Position numbers and translations under genes: made by a program | Shown: in pieces, positions 1 through 11,584 of the stretch | Layout of the letters: every line of letters begins with the position of its first letter | How positions within the stretch are numbered: position 1 is the stretch's first letter | Assembly: GCA_965645245.1 (NCBI GenBank) | Contig: OZ287067.1 | Coordinates: 2,790,001 to 2,854,000, forward strand | DNA length: 64,000 bases | From: Massalongia carnosa | Lineage: Eukaryota | Direction of reading: 5' to 3' | The notes under the pieces: model-generated | Databases searched by the model: none | Told to the model about the DNA's origin: nothing | The model's input: the letters and a program-made list of their open reading frames with translations, nothing else

Positions 1-669
1 ATCCTCTACTCCATTCACGACTTTTCCGCCGTTGCCGCCAGCGGCACATATCCGCTCGCTGAAATTTACCGCCAAGCCACTGGATCCCGCGGCGGCGCCC
101 TGGCTCTCCTCATCCTCGCCTTCATTCCCACCTTGCTCACTCTGATCGGCTGCTATATCACCGCTGGCCGCATGTTTTGGACGCTCGCGCGCGATCGTGC
201 CATGCCCTTTAGCGCTACATTCGCCCACGTCAGCCATGCGCACCGAAATCCGTTTAGGGCCACCCTGCTCTGCGGCGCCATATGTACTGTGCTGGGCTGT
301 ATCTACGTCGGGTCCTCGACGGCCTTCAACGCATTTGTCGGTAGCTACGTGCAGCTATCCACGCTTTCTTATCTCTCCGCTATCCTCCCCCACCTACTCT
401 CGCGCCGCCGAAATGTGGTTCACGGATGGTTCTGGATGCGGGGGATGATGGGGTACGCGGTCAATACTGTTAGTTGTTTGTATATTGTCGTCTTCATCGT
501 CATATTTTCCCTCCCCTACTCGCTGCCTGTACATGCCGGGTCAATGAACTACACATCATTGATCACAGGCGGGCTGTCGCTATTTGTTGCTGCCTGGGGG
601 TTCGTGCGGAGGAGGGAGTACGTAGGGCCCAAGGGAGTGTTGTTGGAAAAAATGGCAGTCGCGCGATAG
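1..669 (+). CDS. APC-family amino acid/choline permease, 3' part (start lies outside the window)
   Basis: Open frame from the window edge with multiple TM helices and motifs typical of fungal GABA/choline permeases (GRMFWTLARDRAMPFS, LGCIYVGSSTAFNAFVGS, PV..GSMNY). Confidence 0.85.
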   Translation: MLYSIHDFSAVAASGTYPLAEIYRQATGSRGGALALLILAFIPTLLTLIGCYITAGRMFWTLARDRAMPFSATFAHVSHAHRNPFRATLLCGAICTVLGCIYVGSSTAFNAFVGSYVQLSTLSYLSAILPHLLSRRRNVVHGWFWMRGMMGYAVNTVSCLYIVVFIVIFSLPYSLPVHAGSMNYTSLITGGLSLFVAAWGFVRRREYVGPKGVLLEKMAVAR

Positions 670-1410
670 AAGAATTTCAAAACATCATATGTTAGTTAGA
701 GCAGAAAAACTGATAATGGGGATAAACATCGACGGGTCTTTGCTTGGGAAAGGGGCCTCGTTCCAATCCATTCAATGGATTTAATACAACAAGGTCAGCC
801 TTTTACAGTCCAATCCTCACACATTCGCGCTTTGAACCTCCCAATCTCGTTTCCGATATGTAGGCTGGTAGAAAAAAGATAAGAAAAAATACCCAGTTCT
901 CGGCCCAGTCCAGTAGAGAGGGTAGGTCAACCAATCAAACAGGATTCCGAACTTATACTAGAAGACAGACTTTGGACGTTAGGCTACAACCCCGATTTAC
1001 TTCCAGTCTTTCTGGTATGTGAGTCAGCCGCTAAGCTAAAGGAGAAAAACAGAGCGGAGAAATATTGATAAAATCATGTCTTGGCGGAAGAGAACCTCCT
1101 GTTTGCAAGACGAAGGACAAAAGAGAATTGTTTTTAGTATGCGGCTCTCGTTGCGTCAAGTCTTGAGCCGAGAACCTAATATCTTTACACATTTTTATTT
1201 CGGCAAACTATCACTCATTGTTCTCTTTTCCTCCTTGTTGGATCTTCTTGATAGGGGGATGAGGATATCTTTCTCGTGGAATGATAAAGGCATAAATATC
1301 ATGTGAGTGAGAAACTGAAACAGTTTGATATCCGCAAGATAACTTTGGAGAAACAGGCTCAAGATCACCGGGTGGGGAAGAAATCACAACATAACTGCAC
1401 ATTGGGATTT

Positions 1411-2776
1411 TCATCTCATGGCCTTGTGAAGGAGAGGTGCGACTTGCTTCCGGCTTTTCGACACGTCTTTCTGAAGCCAGATCTTCCGCGCTAGGAGTTC
1501 CTCGTCTCTTGACTGGGAATCCGGACCGCTGTTGAGAGAAATCCCATCTACATCCAAGTCTTCCAGACCCAGTTCCTCACCCGCGAGTTGTGAGAATCTG
1601 GATATGGCTTCGGAGCCGGGGCGCGATGCTGCCTGCATAAACAGTTCTCGGCGAAACTGTTGGTCAGGGGAGTGGGAGATGGTCATGATAGCAAAGATTG
1701 CGAGGTCTCTTGATTTTATGAAATTATTGATTGCGGCGTCGAATACACCTTCTTCATCGGGTTGTGAGAGTGTTTTTCGAACCTTGGTGACGAGAAAGTC
1801 GAGAGGCTTCACAACGGAACTGATGCCCAGTTTCATTCCATTTTCCGTCCATGCTTTGTAGTCTTTCCGTAAAATTTCGTCCACTTCCAAATCGTTGATG
1901 TTATTTTTTGCTTCGTTGATTTCATTGTAGAATTCATCCCTACTCCATGTCTTTGCATCTTTCGGTGATGACTTAATCTTCGCTTCAAGATATTCTACAG
2001 CCTCTCTATCTGCTGCTACGACCTTGCTTTCAGATTTCAGATTCAATGTATCTATCAAGATACTAGCAAGTGCCATTTTTGCAACCTGTGCATCCCAGGT
2101 CTTTCTAACCATATCATCGTCGGCGAGAGAATCGCCTTGAGCGTGACCAGCTCCGGATGAGAGGGAAGAGCTTGAAATGTGGTCCCACGCCGATTTAAGA
2201 TTCTGGACTACAAGGCTAGTGCAAGATCCGCATTTCTCAACCACACGTGGCTCGGAATCTGTATCCTGTGTAACCGCATTTTCTTCTTCGTGATGATCGA
2301 TTACACCCCGGACTCTAGTGGAGTAGATGGACCCAAGTTCTCCTTGCATTTTGTTATGGTCTACTAGAAGCCATCGCGTAGTAGCTGGCCTCAAGAGTTT
2401 CTCGATCTCATCAAACGGAGGCAAGTCATCGCGAGTAATGAGATGAGATTCAGAGATATTCGCATGGCAAAAGAGAGCAGTAAACTCAGGACGAATACGG
2501 ATATCAGATGCTGAAATATTGAGTAATGGAATGTAGAGAGGTGTGAAAGCTGTCCGGGGTGGACGTAATGATCGCAAGTAGGCGTATAGGAGGGACGAAC
2601 TAAGAGAATCAAGATCTAGCTAACTTCAGTTTCCCACGACAATGTATGAAAAGATGCTGACCTGCAGACTCGTTGCCAATCACTAATGTAACTTTGTGCG
2701 ATTGCTCAATTGCTGTACGGAGCGATGTCTTGGCATGAGACAAAAAAGCTCGCAGCGAGTTTGGTGGAAATGCCAT
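1411..2776 (-). CDS. PPX1: Exopolyphosphatase (DHH/DHHA2, prune family), 2 exons
   Basis: Exon 1 MAFPPNSLRAF...VIGNESA splices to DLDS, giving the GNESADLDS motif. Downstream motifs LVDHN, IDHH, CGSCTSLV, DTLNL, LRKDYK and SRKQVAPLL. Confidence 0.92.
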
Positions 2777-3178
2777 ATTACATGAAAATTCTTATTACCT
2801 TGGTGGTATTTGTATACAGAGTGACATTGGAGGAGCACTAAAAGTAATGACGTATGATGGAAAAGTGTTCCTGCAGTAGCCTTATCGATAAGGGTTTGCC
2901 ACTGCGAACAAACTTGATCAAGGTTGAGTACTCTCTGTATTGCGAGAACATAACTGCAGAATTCTTCCCACATTGTATTGTAGGGGTCTTTAATAACTAA
3001 TTGTGTTGATTGGTGACTTTCGGGAGCATGACCTTTCTTGCCTGTTTTGGTGTGGTAGGGAGCAGGTGGACTTGGTCTCCATAGGAGAATAAACCAACAT
3101 CTTGAAAGTCCTGCCACGGACACTAGCAGCGATTTCTTGAAATACACAGTAGAGACTGTTCCGGGCCCAGATGTTTGT

Positions 3179-4177
3179 CTAAATGTCTCCTGATTTACCA
3201 ACAATGTCCGTGAGCTTTGGGTTCTTATCTTCACCTATAACCCCAGCCTTTTGTAGAACCTCAATCGTCTTTGCAATCGTATCATCTCGGATAACTTTAA
3301 CGTTCTCTGCAAACTTGACAGTTCTCAGCCAGGTTGTCGCATCCTCCTTAGAATAGTCCAGTTCTGAACTTATATATGAGACCGCCTCCTCCTGATGGCT
3401 TAAGAAATAGTCCACCCCCTGATTCAACTTCTCAAATAGCGCTTCCAATCTTCCATCACTCGGGTTTCTCGCAGCAATCTTCCAAGAACTCCACGGCGTG
3501 TAGATTTCCCCTACTTTCTTGATCTCGCCATTCTCGAAGTAGCGCTTGGAGGTGAAGTGCTCCCACATGAAAAAGTCAGCAGTATTGTCATTGACAGCGT
3601 CGCGGAGCTTTTCAAATGTTTGCAGAGGCACGACGGTGAATGGTGGCTCTCCGGAAGGGTTGAGCCAATCAAACTTATCGGCGAGGACGAAGCCCATTAC
3701 GTAGGATCCACTGACATGGCCTGGCTTAGCTATAGCCACGCAGAATGAAAATGATGAGAAGTAGTAGAGTAATAGAATACCTTCCCACTCTACTAACCCC
3801 AATCTTCTTTCCCTTCAGTTCTTCGATATTCTGTATCTCTCGATCCGCGCCCGTGCTTATTGCCCAGCAAAGAGGTGTCTCCACATATGTCCCCACCAAT
3901 TTGAAGCCCGCAGCATAGCCATGGTTTCCGAGCGTGGCTATGAAGCCTTCGGTGAGACCAATGGCAACATCAAGCTCAAGAGATTGAAGCGACGAGATCA
4001 TATGGCCTGTCCCCGAAGGGAACGGAATGAGTTTTGCATTGAGAGAAAAGTGCTTAACGGCGAAATGGAGTGGAGTAGAAAAATGTTCTCAAAGAGATTA
4101 GCCACATACGAAAACGCTCATGAGGAAAGATTGGGGAACATACCAGGCACATAGCCTATCCGCAGAGGAGAGACCAT
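3179..4177 (-). CDS. Type 2 periplasmic-binding-fold protein (NMT1/THI5-like, Ca3427-like), 3 exons
   Basis: Spliced motifs LRIGYVPEHFSTPL, PSGTGHM, AIGLTEG, GTYVETPLCWAISTG, IGVSRVGSGSYVM, FMWEHFTSK and IYTPWSSW. Confidence 0.85.
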
Positions 4178-4576
4178 GTTGTTATAATAAAGAGGCTTTT
4201 TACTCCTTTTGCAAACTCCCCCTTACATGATTTTACGCCTTTCGATATTCTACTGCCCAATGCGGTTGGTTCAGTAACTGAACATAGGAAAAATGCAGAA
4301 AATGATAATCTTTAGGGCATATGGCAAGAAACCATAAGTTATCATAGTCTCGCTCACACGATAAGGGGTGTTTCAGAATATCTTCAAAGGATCGACGGAA
4401 CGTACAGAGTGCATAGACTTAATTTGATTTCATCAACTTACTGATTGGTATGGTTAAATGACTGCTGAATATCTGTGGCTTGCGGTGCTAATTGAAACTC
4501 AAACAAAGAACGCTCTCGGTGAAGATAAGAACCTTATCATTAGTCTTAGAACATAATCCAACCTATAAATTGTCGC

Positions 4577-5499
4577 TTGCTCCGCCTGCCACAAGAGATT
4601 CGATCAATGATCTATGACTATGTTCTTGGTGGCGAAATAATCCATAACATCTACAATAGCCATGTATATGACGATATTGGGCTGGCGAGGTTGAGGCTAA
4701 GTTACAAGGGAGCGGACTCTCTTACCACCTCTGTGTGTGTGAAGATTTTAGCCTGCCTCAATGCGAAGATACTCGTGACAAAGTACTAAAAGGGTACAAC
4801 CAAGAGCGTGTGAAATCTACCGCGTCTATCATCGTTTTGACGAACTGGCGGAATATGATGTCCCTGATACATGGCTTGGGCATTACAGATGTCTGCTCCC
4901 CGACAATAAGGCAAAACTCAGCATGGCTCTTATAGAGACTTGCAAGCAGACCTACCAGGAAGCAAGTCTCATACCATATCAGAAAAAACACTGTCTTTCA
5001 ATGACCCGTAGGCATTGAAGCTTTTTGTTAAGGGCCGGCATGGGGTCGATCGCTACTACCTTCAAGCCAGACTTGATGCAGTTCGAAGTCTTCCGTTGCA
5101 TGCCAAATATCCTGAGCGGTTCCGAATTGATTTATGGAATATCGTTAGTCGCTTCGCGGCTCCTCGACTTGAAAAGCTAGAGATACTCACCATCTGTATT
5201 GACTTAGTATTTCATGACTAAGGGGTAAACTTGAGGTGCATAAAGCAAGAAAGCAGGAAAGCAAGAAAGCAAGAAAGCAAGAAAGGAAGAAGACTCCATT
5301 TCCGGCTTTCTGTTGTTATTCACCAATCAAGACTTTAACGGTAGACGTTATTGCCCCTTCACTCGCTGCTTCTAGCATTGATGAGTTACAACGCTGCCGC
5401 AGGTGGAAAGTCGAAGAGAGGCTGAAACTTGCGAATTTCGTTTCTAGCGACATCATGGCTAAGGAAACCAGTCAGATAAAGTCAAGACCTAGGTTTTAG
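4577..5499 (+). pseudogene. Decayed F-box-like fungal hypothetical gene
   Basis: LLRLPQEIRSMIYDYVLGG and, in another frame, MALIETCKQTYQEASLIPY. Broken by frameshifts and stops and contains a microsatellite. Confidence 0.55.
5242..5290. repeat. (GCAAGAAA)n 8-bp tandem repeat, about 6 imperfect units
   Basis: aaagcaagaaagcaggaaagcaagaaagcaagaaagcaagaaaggaaga. Confidence 0.85.
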
Positions 5500-6201
5500 T
5501 ATTATTTACGTTGAGAAGAGCTTCTTGGTCATAGTCTAATGTTCAACAACAACAAGAACAATAACCACCATCATCGCTACAACTCCTGCGCTTCAAATCA
5601 CTTCTAAAGGTAACTTGGCTGAGCCATGAGATGCCGCTTTGGAAAAGTAATATATGACTGTAGTAAAGACATGAGAATAATTTCTGGATCAATCCAAGCG
5701 TAGAAAGGGATTAGAATTTGCCCTTGCTAATATGAGCACATTACGCTAAGGAATCAAAATACATAGTTCTGAGGAGGCAAGCCTTCTCTAGTAGGAGCTG
5801 GAGAATAAAGGCCTTTAGAGAAATACAGGCAGAAGTTTAACAACCATACCTTTCAAGATCTCCTCTACCCCAGTCGCAAATCTGGCCTCCGTCCAATAAT
5901 TAGCAGCTATTTGTGAGCATGGCTTCATTCTCTGAGGCTAAATTCCACATTTCTAAGTTTAAAATGTCCAGTCATGTGTACCGTATAGCGAGAAATGATG
6001 TCGGCGTGAGGAATTGTAGTTGGAGGTGCTCGCTCGATGAGTGATCCAAACGGCGCTGATGCAACGAGTAAACAAATATGTATCCTAATAAAGTTGGCTA
6101 CGTTAGAAGCGGTCAAGATATAGGCTGAATTGCCGTCTATAGAGATAATCATTCAAACGCCCCGCACACCACGTATGTTACATTGCGGTGTCGAAGTTCC
6201 A

Positions 6202-6954
6202 TTATGATTTCTTTCCTCCGCTGAAATCGCTTGCCTGCAGATTCCTTGTCATACTAGGCAGTCTTACCCGTAGCCCGTCCAGCTCTTTATTCATCTTCAC
6301 TTGGCATCCGAGCCTCGATGTTTCTGTCAACCCAAACGCGAGGTCCAGCATATCGTTCTCATCATCATCGGGTTCGGGCATCTTTTCATACATTTCGCCT
6401 GACTCGACTATGACGTGACATGTCGAGCAGGCGCACGAACCGCCACAAGCCCCTAAATGATGAGCTTAGAATTCATAATAAAAACAAAGCTGTACAGTAC
6501 CTTCCATCTCCAAGTCTTCGGACTGGGCAATATCCAACAGATTGTCGCCTTCCGCAACTTTGAACGTACTTTCCACTCCCTCCTTGTCGACAAACGTAAC
6601 ATGAATTCTATAAAAACAAGATTAGCAAAGTTTTTTGAAAAAGGCGCTCCTTCCATCAAGCCTTCAAAGAACTCCTCACTCTTCCCCAGGTTTGGGGGGC
6701 GTCAAATGTCCATGCATGGCAGTAGCTGAGGCGCAAAATCTTCGCCGTGCCCTTGAGAAATATTCGTAGCTTTTTGAGATCCTCGTTATCTCAGATGATC
6801 TCGTTCTCCCCGAGACTCTAGGTTCAATATAACTATAAGAGCTTTGACAACGGCGCAAGAAATGATTTCGCGGGGATACTGTAGATAATTTGGTCACATT
6901 CGCAATTCGAAGACATTGCGCGTGAGCGAATAACGCTGGACGAGCTATCAACAT
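6202..6954 (-). CDS. YAH1: Mitochondrial 2Fe-2S ferredoxin (adrenodoxin type), 3 exons
   Basis: Arg/Ser-rich presequence, then [25 protein letters not shown] and [20 protein letters not shown]. Confidence 0.95.
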
Positions 6955-7139
6955 GCTCTAGGAAGCTCAAGAAGGACCGGCGTTGACGTCGATATGTAAA
7001 ATATGTAAAATATGTAAAATCTGCAGATGCAAGTTGAGAAGGGAAGGACGAAGCGAGCCCGCCATCGCCGAGAATTGCCCTGAATGCGGAGCACTGATTC
7101 AATGCTTTGATTCCTCTACAGTAAAATATTCAACCAGGC

Positions 7140-8718
7140 ATGTCAGCATCTATGGAGGGGCTGAATCCTCTACGCCCCTACTATATACCACCATCAGTGG
7201 GCTCTCCATTAGAATATTCTCAGAATGTTGCCGCCCCATCCAGCATCAGCAGCAAACATGCAGCGTCCCCGTCAATGAGTTTCGGCGCATCCGCTCGAAA
7301 TATTCTGGCGGACATGGACTGCTCAGAATACCTTTCAGACTCGTCACCCACGCCTACAGAAGTTGTGAAAAAACTTCTCGAACAGGCAGTATGGAAATAC
7401 ATGAGCATTTTTCTTGCCCAGCCCTTTGAGGTTGCCAAAATTATCTTGCAAGTCCAAGTTTCGACTACAGGCCCACAGGCAATATCACAAGCTGGCATCA
7501 CCGATGATGCAAGGAGAAGACCCCCAAGTTATCGAAATGATTCTTATGAGGTATTAAAAAGAAGAACGTACATGACAGCTAGGCCTCCGCTAACCAGCAA
7601 CTCAGTCGCCCTCTGATGATTCCGACCCCGAGTCTCCCTCTTACTTTACCTCCGCCGCTCCGATTTCTCATACTCCTACCAGATCCTCTCGCTCTCGTCG
7701 CCGTCGAGGCTCCCCAGATTCTTCATCCAGATCCCGTTTATGTATATCTCAAAGCCCCCCATCAAACCATACCAAATCTCCTCACGTTCTCGAGCTCAAA
7801 TCTCCCTCGTCTTTGTTAGCCGTGCTATCGTCCTTGTGGGTAAAAGAAGGCTCTTGGGGAATCTGGAAGGGCACTAACAGCACCTATGTTTATTCGATAC
7901 TTTTTTCCACCATTACCTCATTTGCGCGCTCATTCCTCTCTGCTCTCCTTGCTCTTCCCGACCCAGGTCTCTCATTTCAACTCCCCTCTTCCTTTACTTA
8001 TGCTGGTGGGCTGGACGTATTATCATCGCCTTCTCCATTAACATCCTTGGCGGTGGCTGTTTCAGCTGCCGGGATTGCTGGCATTATCCTTACTCCCTTA
8101 GATACCGCCCGAACGAAACTTATTCTCACGCCGTCCACCCATCCACCGCGATCTATTCTATCAACACTCCATTCCCTACCATCTTGGACTCTACCGTTTT
8201 CTCTAGCTCCAGTAACCGTTTTACATTCTACATTACCCACCTTGCTCTCAGCATCAGCTCCTCTATTCCTCCGGTCGAAACTGGGTGTGGATCCATTGCT
8301 GACGCCCAATCTCTTTGCAATCGCGACCTTCTTAGGCCAAAGCCTTGAGCTGGGCGCAAAACTCCCCATTGAAACCGTCCTCCGGAGAGGCCAAGCGGAA
8401 ATAGCAAGCAATGGCTTGAAGTCGCGAGAGATGCAAACGGTAGTGGATATCGGGCCTTACAAAGGGCTTTTCGGCACAATGCATAGCATCATCTACGAAG
8501 AGGGGGAACGGGACGTGCGCACCGGAGCGGGGGCGAAAAATCCTCCCGACGCGGCGAAACACCTGCAGCACGGCAGGACTGCACAGCAGCGGAGGAAAAA
8601 AAAGGGGCAGGGGCTCGAAGGTTTGTGGAGGGGTTGGAGGGTGGGGATGTGGGGCCTTCTGGGCGTCTGGGGAGCGGCAACACTAGGGGGTGTGGGGGGG
8701 AAAGGCGGGGAGTTTTAA
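7140..8718 (+). CDS. UGO1: Mitochondrial outer-membrane fusion protein Ugo1 (carrier-like), with an intron near 7551-7605
   Basis: NPLRPYYIPP N-terminus, LAQPFEVAKIILQV, EGSWGIWKGTN, PLDTARTKLI, LPIETVLRRGQ, GLWRGWRVG and a C-terminal GGEF. Confidence 0.9.
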
Positions 8719-8954
8719 AAATGCACCCTTTGTTGGAACGGATGAATCAGGCAACGAAGGAGAGGAGTTTCAAATGAAACTAGACGGTTCTTGGAGTATG
8801 TATAACGAGGGGCCTGCCTAAACCCAGGCCATCGTCACAGCGCATCTCAGCTCTTTCCCTAGAATCGTCCTCTGTAGCTCCTTAACCATAGCAACAATCA
8901 TCTCCAAGCAACACCCATTCTTCCTATCCTCTTTCGCATTCATTCAATCCATAC

Positions 8955-9857
8955 TCAAGCCTCGTCCTCCTTCGCCTCCCCCTCCACGATCCCCTTGCCC
9001 CCCTTAGCAACCAACTCCAAAAACCCCACTTTACTCATCTCCCCCACGCGCTCCTTCTTCCTCCCCGCTGCGCCTCCCTTCCTCGCCGCCTCTTCGCCCT
9101 TCACCTGCGCCGCCCTCACCGCGTTAAAAAGTTTCACCACCCCCCTCTGCGCCGTCTTTCTCAATCGCGTCTCTTGTTCCTTTATTTCCGCCGCCGTCGC
9201 TCCCCCTCCCCCTCCCCCTCCTCCTTCCCCTGCCCCCTCCTCTCCTTCTCCCCATTTTCCTTTCCCCACCGAAACACCCGCACCCGCACCCGCACCGGGC
9301 ACATTCACACTCGCATCATCACCATCAGCGGGCTCACCCAGCAAAACATCCCTCACCCTCCCCTTTTCCATCTCCCGCCTGCGCTCCTCCCGCAGCTTCC
9401 GCCGCGCCTTGACCTCGAGCTTCGCGTCCGCGACCGCCGCGTGCGCTCGCGCGGCGGTGGCGCTGCGCGCGAGGACGGGGTCACCGCGCTTGGTGGCGGG
9501 GAGTTTAGTGGTGAGGATTTTGGCGAGGGAGGAGGCGAAGATGGTGGGGTCATTGCGTTTTTTGGGCGGGAGGGGGGCGATGTCGTTGTTGGTGGTGTTG
9601 GTGTTGGTGGTAGGGGGGGGGGTTGGGGTGGAGGAAGAGAGGGATGGGGAAGAGTCGCTTAAGGGGGGGTGGGGGGAGGCGCTGGGAGTGGGGCTTGGTG
9701 CGCGGGCGAAGGGGGGGGGGTTGGAGGGTGCAGTCGAGGGCGAGGGTGAGGGACTGCTGTAGGTGAGTTTTTTTCGGGATTTTTTGGGCGGGCGGGCGGG
9801 TTGGATGGGTTTGGTGATGGAGGACAGTTTGCGCTTTTGAGAGGTTGACGGAGCCAT
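8955..9857 (-). CDS. RRP15: Ribosome biogenesis protein Rrp15
   Basis: FASSLAKIL, DPVLARS, ETRLRKTAQRGVVKLFNAVRAAQ and MSKVGFLELV. Confidence 0.92.
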   Translation of the reverse strand: MAPSTSQKRKLSSITKPIQPARPPKKSRKKLTYSSPSPSPSTAPSNPPPFARAPSPTPSASPHPPLSDSSPSLSSSTPTPPPTTNTNTTNNDIAPLPPKKRNDPTIFASSLAKILTTKLPATKRGDPVLARSATAARAHAAVADAKLEVKARRKLREERRREMEKGRVRDVLLGEPADGDDASVNVPGAGAGAGVSVGKGKWGEGEEGAGEGGGGGGGGATAAEIKEQETRLRKTAQRGVVKLFNAVRAAQVKGEEAARKGGAAGRKKERVGEMSKVGFLELVAKGGKGIVEGEAKEDEA

Positions 9858-11584
9858 TGTGAAGAGTGGAGGGGGGAAGTAGGGCGTTGGTTGTAGGAAT
9901 GGGTTTTTCGTCCCTTTTTTGGTAGTTGGGTTTGAGATGGATTGATTTGATTCGGTTACATAACTTAGCTTAAGCTAACTTAGCACTCTTAGAGAACTTT
10001 TTTGTTTTGGTTGATTCATTAAGTGTACTCCGTATGCATTCTAAGGATATGGCGCTGTGGTTGCTGCTTAACTTATCTACATAAACAGTCAGGAAGTGAA
10101 AATCGGATTCTCAGAGTAAGATCATTTTCTAATTTCTTATTTATCGCTTCGAAAACGTTCTTCTATCACACGATGCATTACACTCAAGCGCTAGAAATTC
10201 TATAAACTCGATGAATTAGACAGCATCTTCAAACGTTCGCCAAACGTTTTCTTTCTTTTCAACGTTTTGATTCAATGAAGAAAAGACGGTTCGTGGTCGA
10301 GAACAGATTGTGATGTCTTTGTGAATAGATTTTTTGATGTAGTGAAAGGCTCTCGTCTAAAAAATGGTCATCATTTCGAATTGAATGAGCTTTGTATGTT
10401 TTTGAGGTGACGAATGATCATCGAGGTAGGCTTCCGCGTTGGCGAGGAACAGATATTGGCCATCTTCGAGGAGGTGTTGGTAGCCTGCACCACGCAGAGG
10501 TTTCTGACCCAGCAGGCCTTCTCTAACTATCAACCCGTCGAACGAGTCGACTATCAACGTTGAGGCTTTCTTGAATCTTGAACTGCAATATCTTCGGGTT
10601 TAGAAAACAGAGGAGGGCAAAGAATCGAAAAGGGATAGACGTCATGATCTTGAAGAGTTCTTTGATATTCACACGCGAAACCTTTTGGTCTCGATTGTTT
10701 AGAAGAGAGGATGGTAAATAATCTTATTTCGTGCGAACACTGCTGTGATTCCCCTATCTCGCTCTCTTTCCCAACGACAGCTGGGGCTTGAAATCGTGAC
10801 ATGTTTGCCTCAAGGCAACCACATTAGGCGGACGTCGAAGCCGCATTCAATGTTGAAAGGAGGGCCTGATCATCAGACACGTTGTCGCTAGGTCCGAGAG
10901 CATGCTGCTCTTCCGTTGCCATGCGATCACACAAGCCTATCATAAATAGAGCTTTGGCTTGTCTCTTCACAAACATCCTACGTCTTTGCCTGCACCCGCT
11001 GCAACTGTCCCTACACTTTTGCTAGTGAGACTAACTACAGTGTTCAAACCCTTCATTTTGGAAAGACGAAGTACACCGGAAGAGCTAAATCCTTCTTCAA
11101 CATTCCCTGCAAGCTCTTGATATCATTAGCTGGTTAGTCCCCAAGTAGAAGATATGCAATCCGAAAGAATGATTGTTTTTAGAAGCACCGAAGTTACTCA
11201 GCAGCAAAATATGAGTAGATATTTCTCATCCGCTGCGAGGGCGTTAACAAGACTGTTATGGACGTTTAATGGCACTACACACAACGTGGATGTGAAGCTT
11301 TAGAGGCGATCGAAAATGCTTGAATGCGGTTCCTGACCTCGCCGCGAAGGTTAATAAAAGCTTAATCAAGTAGGCGTTCCTCGATCTTTAATTTGGAAAA
11401 AGCAACACATTCTAATCAAACTTCTAAATGAAGCGGAGATCCACACGCTACCCCGCGTGCCGATGGCACCGTGGACGAGGCTCACTATTCCGGTGTGTTG
11501 GGGAGGGGGTTGAAGCGATCTAATAGGGAGACCTCGTTTCACTAATATCCAACAACTGGAGAAATAACATTCTCGAAAACGAGA

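Noticed and set aside
3179..4300. TPP riboswitch in the NMT1/THI5-like gene
   Set aside because: The introns are short and I saw no aptamer core motifs.
8995..9762. 255-aa antisense ORF over RRP15, and similar shadow ORFs over SRP54, COG2, MRPL1 and SDH3
   Set aside because: Expected by-product of GC-rich coding sequence on the opposite strand, with no recognisable motifs.
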